Assembly: GCF_000150275.1 (NCBI RefSeq)
Contig: NW_002060955.1
Location: 1,036,287-1,100,286, forward strand
Direction of reading: 5' to 3'
From: Trichoplax adhaerens
Lineage: Eukaryota; Animalia; Placozoa
DNA length: 64,000 bases
Part shown: positions 41,745 to 54,134 of the stretch, one piece after another
Layout: every line of letters starts with the position of its first letter
How positions within the stretch are numbered: the first letter of the stretch is position 1
The notes under the pieces: model-generated
Seen by the model: the letters and a program-made list of their open reading frames with translations, nothing else
Database searches by the model: none
Told to the model about the DNA's origin: nothing
Position numbers and translations under genes: made by a program

Positions 41745-43253
41745 CACTCCATGCAACGTAGTCATCCAAGTCATTGCTATACCCGCACGGCAAAATGGCA
41801 GCAAGGCAAAATGGCAGCATGGCTCAAGCTTAGCGAACACCAGGTACGGAATGCAGTTGGATTTCCTATGACGTTGTATCAATCCACTTTAGCAATCAAT
41901 AGCGATCATAAGAGGCATGCATGCTGTCGCACATTCATTCTATAGCATTGGACTGAGGAAAGTGGGTCAATGAGTTGGTGTAGTGGACTCGCTGCAGAGC
42001 TAAAATGAAGTCACTGAACTACAGTACCTCTCGATCAGTTGAACATGTAACCAACGCTAAATAGCGATCGGTAAACTTTTGAAAGATTTTCATCCGAAAT
42101 TACCATTCAGTAAGGGATTTAAAGAGGTCCTTTGAATGGATATCTTGCCCACAAGTCATGCTGGGCCTGCTGGATAAAGACTACTGATCGTTGCTCTCTA
42201 ACTTTAACCATCAGTAGATTACAACTATTCCGACGAGTTTGCCATTCAGTTAAGAGATCAGAACAGATCAATTTAGTTATCAACCTGACAGGTAATTGAT
42301 CTTTGCAGTTACCGATCAGTACATTAGGAATATTCATATCTATTGGCGATTTATTAGTCAACTTTCCTTATAAGCTTAATTAATTAAGTGAAGGATGAGC
42401 AGTGAAGCCATGCTCTAGTCGAACATCAACCGCCCTGTCAATGCAGTACTATTACATTCTAATATATTGTAATGGTCTACCATGACATCTCGACGCAGGA
42501 TCGACAAACTGTTAATTGATCTATCATTGCGCTAACAATCAATTTCATCATTTTTGCCTTGACCTATATGGATTAAGATCAATGGCAACTTCTAACGTTT
42601 TCGTAGGTTGTCATCATGCTTAAAAGTAGTGATTCCTGGCTAAAATCCTATGCACCCCACCCCCTTCAAGTATCTCATAGATTAAAGCTAATACAGTATA
42701 TTTCTTCCTAGCATTTAGAGGTTAAGATTAGCTCTCAAGTTGAACTTTATGTTGAGGTCTTTGATTAATTACGTATCCATCCGCACTAGATAACATCATT
42801 ACCTGTTTCCTAAGTGAACTGGATAGTTATCATGGAAGATGAAGGCTGCTAAATTTTATTCAAATTACTTTTATAGGTTAACATTGACAGCCAAGTGGAA
42901 TATAAACTGTAATTACAGTCCTAGAAATACTCTTTCTCATTGGATAGATTGGTATGTATATCTCTATACAATATTAGTATCAATAACTGACATCAAGGTT
43001 CATTGAATGTGTAATTAAACTCGTAACTATACCTACATTTCCTATAGTGTATTAATATTTGCAGATGAGAAGTAGATTTAGCCATAAACTTATTCGCGTG
43101 CTTATTATCATAGATGTTTCGACGGAGAATAGTTCAAAACGTTCAAGATATTACCGACTTGGCAAGTCTATCCTAGCGTGATACTAACCTCATCTTTGCA
43201 ACCGAAATTTCTATTGATTTTACGTACATAAATTGCATTATTTTCAATTAAAA

Positions 43254-44452
43254 ATGATGAGTAATAGTGTTAGTCTACAAAATCAGTTCGAGCAGGCGGT
43301 TACCAGTTACCTGAGGCAATGGCCAGTAGTCGAGCTGATAATTTCTAATGGTTTTGCTGGTAGCTTAACAAATGAAAAAGTCGATTGGTTAATTACTACT
43401 GCCGTACCACAAATATTTTATGAAAACGGTAACTTGAATATATCTGATTATTCTACAGGATATTTCTCTAGATGAATCGGACGCAAATTGATGTATTTTC
43501 ATGCTCGAATCAAGAACGCTTACTACGACTGCTATATGCATGCATGTACTACAGTAGATAATATGCAATCGGCTTAATTGAATAGCAATCTATCGAATTG
43601 AACTCAAAGGCTACATCTCATAAAAGAGATCTCTAAATCAATATTGTTACAATAGACTAGACCACTGCTAGCTGATTAATATTGCACATTAAAACTAATT
43701 TGATACTAGTGTACTATTTACAAAATAACCATGTATTATACTATAGCTACAAATTATGCATAGAAGTAGTATATTCATCACAAATAAGTTTCATTATTTT
43801 AGCTTCAGTTGTTATAATCCATCAACGCATTTATCATAGACTTAAAATAATCATGCAACCTGATATAGTGAAAATGAATGAAGCAATAACGACATATTTG
43901 CTAATATCAAAAAAAAACTCGATATCATTTTATTACAGCAAAATATTTTTCTAATCCTTACATTATTAGGAAACTTATTTCCAGATGATGTCGAATATTA
44001 TCTATCGCATATATTATTTCATGAATTTGACACTGTCGTGGAGGATGGAAGTTTATCGGATGTAAGATGATATTGACCATTTTCCTGGTTGGTCCAACGT
44101 TAACTATCTATATATATATATATATATTAGTAATATCCATTGTATTTGAAATTAATAGACTTCAAGAAAATTAATAGATCTGCATGATATGTACAAGAAA
44201 GGAAATGAAACACTTTTACAAGATCAAATAATTTTATATAGTCAAACTGTAACACAACAGCAAGGCTCAGAAATTATTGACAGTATGAATGCGATGCAAT
44301 TAACACATGATCCCTCTGTAGAGCAGAGTCGTACGGTAAATCAGGCTGAAAGCAATGCGAATGTTAATAATACTGATCAGGGATTTGCTCAAAATAATGA
44401 GGATAATGATGGTTGGCAAGTTGTGCAATCTAGAAAGAATAAGGAAAGATAG
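43254..44452 (+). CDS. TSR2: Pre-rRNA-processing protein TSR2 homolog, 186 aa, 3 exons (43254-43428, 43970-44061, 44159-44452)
   Basis: GT-AG junctions keep frame (561 nt). WGG-type domain FEQAV..YL.QWP.....SNGFAG....KVDWL, then DVEYYL....HEFDTVVEDGSL, and C-terminal DNDGWQVVQSRK. Confidence 0.93.
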
Positions 44453-44775
44453 AAATGCAATCAACTTCAATAGATTTGTTAGCAATACGGTTTAATCATA
44501 CTGTGTTATGTTAAGGCAAACAACTATCAGAGACGACTGAAGCAGCCTCTGTGTGGTAATCATACAGAATTCAGTGCTGCAGGATACAATACGGGTATAG
44601 CAATAAAGAATTGTATTATACGCATCAAAATGACATTTATAAATTTTAAGATTTTGTTACTATACCTCTTGTTCGGAAAGATAATTAATTAATATAAATG
44701 AGTTACAAGTTGATACCGTAGTCATTTCAATTGTTAATTCTCTAGCTGATTTGGTAGCAATCTAGTCAACACAAT

Positions 44776-45064
44776 ATATACCAGACAATAGTATTTATAA
44801 TAGGTGAATATTTCACATCTTTCATTGGCATTAGAATTTCTGGAAAGGATTCTTCAGGTCTGTTGTAGTAATTAATAATGTTTAATTAAATAAAGAAATA
44901 CATGGAAATGCAGCTAAAATGTTAAGTTTCATACATTTGTATTACAGCCACCTTGAAATGATTATTATAAACTTCTGCAATACCGTGCCGATCAGACTTA
45001 ATATTACCAAGTCATTCGAAAGAATATGGTATGAGTTGCAGCACGAATGTCCTTGAATGATAAA
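44776..45064 (-). pseudogene. Two exon-like segments (45064-44935, then from 44859) with one in-frame TGA; product unknown
   Basis: Acceptor taatag, donor gtatg, 75-bp intron and acceptor caacag are phase-compatible. Reads YHSRTFVLQLIPYSFE*LGNIKSDRHGIAEVYNNHFKVAVIQIPEESFPEILMPMKDVKYSPIINTIVW. The upstream part would fall in the N gap. Confidence 0.35.
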
Positions 45065-45143
45065 CTATTAGAAAAATAGTCTAGGCATTAAAAACAATCT
45101 AGAGTAATTAGCATTATAGTTTCACAATTGCTAAATTATAACC

Positions 45144-45337
45144 NNNNNNNNNNNNNNNNNNNNNNNNNNNNNNNNNNNNNNNNNNNNNNNNNNNNNNNNN
45201 NNNNNNNNNNNNNNNNNNNNNNNNNNNNNNNNNNNNNNNNNNNNNNNNNNNNNNNNNNNNNNNNNNNNNNNNNNNNNNNNNNNNNNNNNNNNNNNNNNNN
45301 NNNNNNNNNNNNNNNNNNNNNNNNNNNNNNNNNNNNN
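45144..45337. other. Assembly gap (N run)
   Basis: Run of N. Confidence 1.
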
Positions 45338-48300
45338 CACCTAGTATAATCAACATAAAAGATAACTATTAAGGATATGCTGATGTCGCATTTAGACTAT
45401 TAAATAGAATATTGCTATGTTACANATCTACTTCTTTGTAACAAGAAACCGGGTCTTAAACACTATCTTCACTAGTACTTGTGTTTCCAACTAACTTAGG
45501 GACCTATCGTAGTTGAACTAATTTTCAGCTACACAAAAAAACTACTGTTGAGTAATAGGTTTAAATACTTTACTTTATTTTCGTTAACCTTAGTCGTAAA
45601 ATGTACGAAAGAAAAACGTAAGAATATTCTTAGCAATAATAGTCACAAGATCCTGCAAATGACTAACTGGAACTGAGAAGCTAAGCTAGTGCTCCGCTTG
45701 TTGTAGTCTCGCCGATGGTACACTTGTGAATATTCTTGAAATAGCGGCTTACATTGTACAGTATACATATCCTAGTATAGCAACTAGAGCCTCAAGGCTC
45801 TGCAAAGTAATTGATCTTACACTTAAGGTGTTATTAATTAACGTTTACAGACTAAGCGTGTTAGCTCCCAGATGTCAACAATATTGAACATGTACTTATG
45901 AATAAACATTAATATCTAATAAGCTACTGGAGCAAACAATAGTTTAAATGAGATATTTTAATTAACTTAGCAATTATTATTTCGGAGCATGGCACCGTAA
46001 CATGCTATAATAGGCTACATAAGTATTTCGATGATAATAATCAAGTAGCCGTTAGGATTTCATATCATCTCTGATTATAATAATCTTTAGCTCATTGATT
46101 GATTAGCGGTATAGTCTATGATTTAATATTCCAACCAGTTTAACATTTTACGGCAATACTATGCATCTATTAAATAGTATCTACCAGCCGCATCTCTACT
46201 AACGTACACGTAAGTAGCTTAATGCGTTTCTGTAAATCAATTTATATACTTTACAAGGAAATCAAGTCAGTCATATTTATGGTACAATTAGCATAAAGCA
46301 ATCGCATATCCTGCCGTAGTAATGACACACACCAAACATAGAATTGAAACCTCCGTTTCCCCCTACTGTAATAATTATCCGTGATTAATTTATTGGATTT
46401 TAATAATGTTTAATCCGCGAAAGAGTTTAATAGTCATTTCGAAGTGCTTATTAAACATAGCCTCTGTAAAATATACCTTATCTGCGGTTATACCATTACA
46501 AGTTGGCTTTTATACCATGTATGAAAATTCATAGCTGTAATAGATTGTGTCCATTACATAAATATTAATTTCTTGGGTAGTTTGGCCTGGGCTTACTCTC
46601 GTCTACATCACAGTTAACAACATAAAAGTAGCATCTCACCCTGACTGCTGAACAGCTATTAACTCCCAATATACAATGCACTGCGATATGGAAACATAGA
46701 AATCAATAACATTCTTATTCTATTTTTCTGCAAAGATATTGTTCAGTAAGATATAATGGAGTCAATAGCTGTCTCAAATTCTAAACGATAATAATTTAAA
46801 TTGACGCCATCGCTTTTCTTATAAATTATTTTAATGCAATTTATGTCATCTTGACCATTTACATGTTTGAAATAAAGGTGATCATTTTTACAATACACCA
46901 AAGAAATATAGTGGCAATAAAAGGCTCTAAATGTGGTTAATAAACTTAGATAATAATAATCTGGTAATATTTAATTAATCCTGTTTTCAGGTGTTTTTTG
47001 TTACTGGAAATTGCTGGGTCGTATTTAATTTATTTGTTAAGTTACAATGGAAATATGTTAAATTCGAAATGATACTTTTATTTCTTTTTAATATCGCTTG
47101 ATCGAAGTCTAGATATGACTTAAATTAATATCAGTATTAAAATGGTCTTGGATTAATATCAAACTTCAATAATGAATATTCTCATACTTTTCTTAGGACA
47201 AATTAGACGCTATCGTGTACGTATATTAGTTCTTTAGTCCTTGCAGCTGCTAAGCAGGGCTTAACTCTTTTTAATTCATGCATATTTTCTATACCTTAAT
47301 GTAGTAGTCATGATGTTGATTACCATTTAAGAATGTTTTCTTGAAGTAGATAATTAATTGGGAGGTATTAAAATTAATGCATATTATTTAATGACAGTTT
47401 TAAGCAGTACCACAAATAAAGTTCCAATAATATTATTAATATATATTCAAGACTAACCATGCAATAAAAATCTTGCCAGTAGTAGTTTATTATTAATCGT
47501 TTTATTTGAATTCTTACTTAACTTTATTTCTATAGGAAGAATTGGGATTGCAGTTATCGATGGAATAACGGTACTTTTGCTGAAAAGATTTTAGACCAAA
47601 GTAATTTAGATACTATTGTGAATGTATTGGATAACATTTCGCAATATTTATACGAAGAGTAATAATAATGACGAGAATATAAATTTGTTTTGGTGAGGGT
47701 CAACGCTATTTCAATATTGTACTAGTTACGATAACTTAATCAACATTTAATTAATCTCAGCATCACTTCTTAGTTCTATATAAATCATGATTATTGATTA
47801 TTTTAAAGGAAGCTTATTCAACATTTGATGGCAATAAAATTTTCAAAGATTTCAGCTTTGGTGTTGTAAATGACTTCAAGAACTAGTTTTTAAAGTTATT
47901 TCTGTCAATGTCTTATAGGACTAACTTAGTCGCTATCGTTTCAGTAAGCTGCAATATAACAGGAAGGAATACGGTAATTATCGGGTCAAATTCATTAGCT
48001 GGCATTATTCATTTTTGAAGTCAAAAATTGCTCTTTAGAATTAGATTACGTTAATTAACTTGATCAATATTTTGTATTGCAGCTTAGTTTTATTTAAATA
48101 TAATACGTAAATAGAAAATGTTGAATAGAGCGTCTCGATCGGTAGTTACATAAAACGTGAATATCGGAAGTTATTGAAAAGTAGACAAACTGTATAAATG
48201 ATTAATAACTCCATATCCTGGTAGCCAAAGAACTTGCATTACTATTAGCACACTCGTCGTATATGAGATACATTTTCTCGAAGCAGAATGATCCCTATAG

Positions 48301-49262
48301 TAGCATAAGTACCATCATTATAAAGAATACTTACTGTACTGCCTGCTTCAATTAAAATATCTCATGATATCAATCAACGACAATAACAAAGAAACAGACT
48401 TCCACTTTTCACCTGCTTTAATATCATAATTAACGATATTTAATGTAGTAATGAAGCACTTTCTAGATTAAATAAACAAATTATAGATTGTTTGTAGATA
48501 TAAAGATGAAATTGAAAATCGAAATATCTATATTACTAAGTTTACGTTTTAACTAGGCCAATCATATTGAAAGGGAGACGATCGCTAACTGTTGGTATAG
48601 AGTTGCTTGCTAGTCATAAACAGTATTATTATTTAATCTTTCTAGTTAATTGATAGCGATACCAAAATAGCAAGTGATAGAAAATGATAGAATCATTGTA
48701 TTAATTAAGATATCAATAGATATGATTGTTTTTGTGCTCTAGATAACGGCAATTGAATAGAATGATTGTTATTGAGCGGTACATGTAATCAATCTTGCTT
48801 TTGACTGCATTTATTTTTTACTCTATTTTACTTTTTTCTTTGTATTTATTTGTAAATTTCTTTCAAGGAAGGTTCATTTATTCTATATGAATATATTGAT
48901 TTCACTTTTTAAAATAGCGTCCATTACTATTTAAAGTCTAAGCCATATTTTCAACAAATTGAGTCATTTTTTTATTCCATACATTATTGATTTCAATGAT
49001 AATATCCACTGAATGGTGGGTAAAGATTTGTGGATAGATACCAGTATGTTTATTTCTATTATATTCATGTACATTGAGAGTTAAGTACATGCATCGACGT
49101 CAACTGTATGCTTTTTATTGTTAAAGTAGTGCCTTGAAAGTAAATAATTTACAACCGATAAAGTAGTATCCATCATCAAGGAATTCAGTGTTCAACTTAG
49201 TCCGACGTTACAGAATCATTTGATTTTTACTTGGCTTTACTTTGTTTGATGCCGATGTAATT

Positions 49263-50108
49263 ATGACCTCAACTTATTTTAAATATAAAAATTCTGAATT
49301 ACATTATCAAATATGCGGACAAGGACCAACACTGCTATTTATTCAAGGACTGCTATGGGATAAAAATTTATGGCGATCGCAATGTCAATTTTTATCCAAG
49401 TACTATCAATGCGTGGTGGTGGAATTATGGGAGCACGGCTTATCCGGTCACATACCTGATCATTTGTGCACACTAGAAACATTAGCTGATGATATCTGGC
49501 AATTAACACGCCATTTAAAATTAACCAAATTCGCTATTATAGGATTTTCAGTTGGTGGAACTATCGGTGTTCACTTAGCACTAGCGCATCCCAGTTCAGT
49601 TATGGCTATCATGCTCCTCAACACTCCGTTATCAGAAGAGCCAGCTAAGGGGAAACAGTTATACGATGATTTAATGACTAATGTTCAAAAAATGGGAAAG
49701 TTATCGCACGAAACCATTAACGGTATCGTTGAGAATTGCTTGAGTTTAAAGACAAAAGAAAATCATCCTCTCATCCCTCAGCAAATACGAAAACATTTAG
49801 AATCGATACCAACATCCAATATTAAAGGAATTTTTACAATATGTCGCGCCGTTATTGACCGTAAATCCATTCTGGAACGAATCTACAATATGGATATTCC
49901 AATACAAATTTTGGTTGGTCAAGAAGAGAATCCATTAATTTTGAAAGAGATACAAAAAATTCAACATAAATTTAAGAACGGTCACGTTGTTGTAATCCCT
50001 GGTAGTGCTCATCTGTCTATGATAGAACAACCCGATATTGTATGTAAGGTGCTAATGAAACATCTTAATAAATATCTATTTGAGACTATATTCAGTGATT
50101 CAGATTAA
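49263..50108 (+). CDS. Alpha/beta-fold hydrolase (enol-lactonase/MhpC-like), 281 aa from the ATG at 49263, intronless
   Basis: LHYQICGQGPTLLFIQG, ELWEHGLS, nucleophile elbow GFSVGG, acid region ILVGQEE and catalytic His in IPGSAHLSMIEQP. Confidence 0.9.
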   Translation: MTSTYFKYKNSELHYQICGQGPTLLFIQGLLWDKNLWRSQCQFLSKYYQCVVVELWEHGLSGHIPDHLCTLETLADDIWQLTRHLKLTKFAIIGFSVGGTIGVHLALAHPSSVMAIMLLNTPLSEEPAKGKQLYDDLMTNVQKMGKLSHETINGIVENCLSLKTKENHPLIPQQIRKHLESIPTSNIKGIFTICRAVIDRKSILERIYNMDIPIQILVGQEENPLILKEIQKIQHKFKNGHVVVIPGSAHLSMIEQPDIVCKVLMKHLNKYLFETIFSDSD

Positions 50109-53100
50109 AAGAAAAGTTTATTATTTTAGAATTAATTAAAAAAAAATACGGCCATAACTTGGACACTAAGTATTCATTTGAACTATAGATATGCTATTGT
50201 GATACGTAGTTGAATCGTTTCCTCAAGTCTATCAATTATTACTGTCTAATCATTCAGTTTTATTGCTACTAAGCTATTTAAAATTATACAACAGATAGAT
50301 ATATCAAAATATATTATACTATCGGTATTGATGACAAACCTAATTACTACTGTTGATATTGATTTTGAATGTTGAGCTTTTAAAAAACACTGCTAGAATC
50401 TAATAAGTAGAGGAGTTGTTGGTAATTTTTATCTTAACATAGTCTCAATGAACGTGTCTTCCGTTATATTACTCAGCTATAGTTAGCTTGTTACTCCTTG
50501 AATCACTTATTGCTCTCTCTCTCTTTCTGTATATAACTACTGTATCCATCATTACTACAATGATATCCGTAGTAATAACGCGATTGGTCATTCTCGATCA
50601 TCGTGACATGTGAATGAGCACTAAAGATACACAACTAGCATCTTTAAATATCGCCATAACTGTTATCATAATTTTTACGGTATAACGATGCTCTTATTAG
50701 TATAGGATAAGACAGAAATCAATAAAATTGTATGTGAAACGCGACGACAAGCGAGTTCTAACTGCAAATAAGCAATCAATGATATCATAAAATGGCGTAG
50801 AATATAACAGTCGATATTTGGTTGTTTTCAAATCAGCCATTGTTTTATTTTTCAATTTAAACAGTTGATAAAAAATTCTGCAAATTTCATTATGATTACT
50901 ACACAAAAGCCTACTAGAGATTAAGAGAAGCTATGCAAGTGTAGTCCTTACATAGGTACGAGTATATATATATATATACAATCGAGCAACATCCATAACC
51001 AGTCATCGATAGAGTATCAAATTTGCTAGGAACAAAATCGTTATATCCTTTTTTCCACAACTACTTATAAAGCACGGAAAATCCAGTCAATAAATTAATC
51101 TTCGAATACATTCGTCTTTCACATCGAACCAATGCAGTAAAAATTTACTTTCATTTGATTTTCAATTGATTACACGTGAAATAGTAGATTTTCCAAATTG
51201 TAAACTACCAGTGGATGTTTTGAGATGGTTTATCATCATTTAATATTTGTAATTGGGCTAATTTCTGCAAAATAATACGGAAAAAAAGAGCTCATTAAGT
51301 CATTACTTTATATCTTGGACCACAAACATAGGATGATTAGTTGTAATAAAAAGCCCCCAAAATTCAACTACAATTTTACCTCCAATACAATCTTAATATT
51401 GGCTTTGATTTTAGATGCTTCCACTGTTAATTTTTGATTTATCCTACATAAGGTAGATTCTATAATTAATACGCTGTATATGATACCAATATGCACCAGT
51501 TCTTTCCCAAGTATTGTCATCATTTATGTTATAGCCAGTAATTGATGATAAAGATAACGATATCAATTTTACAATCGCATAATTATTTTCGAAAGCAGTA
51601 TTTTTAATTCCTTTAAGGCGCTCCTGTAGTATATATTGTACTGATATCGTATAATAGCTAGTAGCTGATATCCATTATGGTGCACATCTGCTACTACAAT
51701 CTACTACAGTGATCTATTTTATTACTTTATGACAAACACGGCTTGCTAAGTGAAAAATTGTTAGGTAAGGAAAGTTTTATCTTACTCAGTTAAGTGGGCG
51801 ATTTTTTTACCCATAAATTTTATAGCTTCGTCTAAAGTTAGTTCGAGGTAGAAGCCAAAACCCACGGACACAAAGATTTTTGATGTATCGTTGCTACAGT
51901 GCAAAATAGTTTGGATTAGTTCTCTTAAGGGAAGGAATTTTGCTTTTAAAAATGACTAAGGCAAATTACTGCATGTTCAAAATTGTAGTTTTATAATTAC
52001 GAGTACAGTATCAATTAATGTAGTGGAGAATATGTACTTTGCTCCAATTCTATCCTCACAGTTTGCATACTTGCTATTGGATGTTGATAAGTAAGAGTTG
52101 AAAAGCAAGCAATAATTATAATAGAACGACTCTTTTATCGCTAGCTATCAAAGTATTGATGAACACATTCAGTTTCTGGACATGAAGACATTCCATTTTT
52201 CGACTAACTTTTTATAAGCTACTAGAGTAAGACTACACCATTAAGATCCTTTCATTCTTTCCTGATTGAGCATTACATGACACTATTCTATAGCATTCAT
52301 TTTGTAGTTAAAGGTGAATCATGCAAGCTATCTACTGTACGAATTTTGATTATTTTTATAATGTCAAAATAAGAAAGTCAATGACTTACACATTAGCTTG
52401 GACATAAAAATTGCATCCTAAATCAACCTTGCTGCGTAGCGTTTTGCCATCTTCACCTAATAACTAGCAAGTAAACTTATGGTCAAGGGTTGGTTAAAAC
52501 ATTCGGTTGAGACATAGTGGATATTTCCTGTACATAAACGTTTCCTGAGCGTCAGTATCGACTGCAACGAAAAATGGAACTGGCAAGATGATCTTTGCAA
52601 TCCATTAAATCGACGTCAATCATTTGTAATGTACCTGTAAATTTTCAATACTTTGACGCAATTTCAGATAGTTTGCGATTTGTTGGCAGACAGATTCCCG
52701 ACGCTCGTTGACCAAGCTAATGAAATTGAGAGATGACAATCATTCATTTATCGATGGAATAAAGGCACAGAAGAGAACATGTCGTTTATTTATTTTGTCA
52801 AACATTTGGTACATTTTTAATCCTACTGTATTTATTGTTGACATTCATTTTTGAGCAGTATCGCCAAAAGGAGTAACCTATTGAATTTAGCGTTGTTGTA
52901 AGAATTCTATAACTTGCACTTTTATCATGCCGTGCAATAACGAGTGTTGCAAGTGTATTGTCATTGCATTCAATCAGTCTAGCCATTACAGTTGTTAAAT
53001 CACCTTTAGCATGGACACCATCTTTAGTCTAACTACCTTATGGGCTTCATCAAGTCAGTACTGTAGAAGGAGCATTACTGATGAACTTTGAATGCCGTCT

Positions 53101-53478
53101 ACCATGAGCACCATCAATCATGTAGGACATGATCTCGTGTAGCCCATGGCAATCAACACTGCAAGCTCAATTCAACAACACCATGACCATGGAGAGAGTG
53201 TGGAACACTAGGCAAAACAAGAACTTGTTCCATTTCTCTCCTATACTGCAATGAGCGAAATCATCCAATCTGCATTGCGTTGCATTCTTGACTACGACAC
53301 AGGAAGTGAATCCTTGTGCTATGCTGATATCAGCAGAAGATTTCTATGATTATCGTAGCAGGAAGTACAGTAGTATCGGCCTTGGAGAAGCCATGATTGA
53401 ACGAGTATGGTTGAAAGTGTCAATCACCATGAATAGCTAGCTCATCTACAGTAATAATAATAAGCCTTGGATCAAATG

Positions 53479-53782
53479 ATGTTTGGGATGTTGTTGAATA
53501 TTGCTTGTCGTTACGTTCGTTGGTGTTTTCAACAGACTAGTAGCAATCAATGGCATACGAATACTTGGTTATTGCCGTCCATGTTTGGATGTTATTAAAT
53601 ATTGCTTGTCGTAACGTTCGTTGGTGTTTTCAACAGACTAGTAGCAATAAATGATATACGAATACTTGGTGATGACCATCCCTATTTGGATGTTGTTGAA
53701 TATTGCTTGTCGTTGCGTTCGTTGGTATTTTCAACGGGCTATTAGCAATGAATGATATACGAATACTTGATTATGGCCGTCC
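53479..53782. repeat. Minisatellite, 3 x ~101 bp
   Basis: Units 53479-53580, 53581-53681 and 53682-53782 share AATATTGCTTGTCGT..CGTTCGTTGGT.TTTTCAAC...ATACGAATACTTG. Confidence 0.96.
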
Positions 53783-54134
53783 ATAGCTTTATGGATGCCT
53801 ATGGACTGGCACTGATGATGGATCGTTTGGATAACATCGATGGAGTCGATGGTGATTGAACTTACGTTAAATCGCCTTTTAATTTCTCATTAATAAATTG
53901 CTCAAATTTGGTCAGCTTGTCCATGGATAAACATGGAGGGAATCCTCCTTTGTTAACAGTCCTAATACACACACACAAGAGGAAGTTGGAATGGAATCGC
54001 TTTGCCTTTGCAAATTCTCGATCGCAGGAAAAGGGAAACTGGACGATGTGGATTGCTCCTCCTCTGCCTTCCACCCACAACACCATCTCGATTAGCAGAC
54101 TACCCGACCCATCTTGACTCGCTCCAGCTGGCAC

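Noticed and set aside
45114-45356. ORFs spanning N runs (also 14263-14487)
   Set aside because: Artefacts of assembly gaps.
46150-51560. GPCR-like or other exon remnants around the hydrolase (46.2-46.6, 47.5-47.7 and 50.7-51.5 kb)
   Set aside because: Multiple stops and no diagnostic motif; cannot be supported without a homology search.
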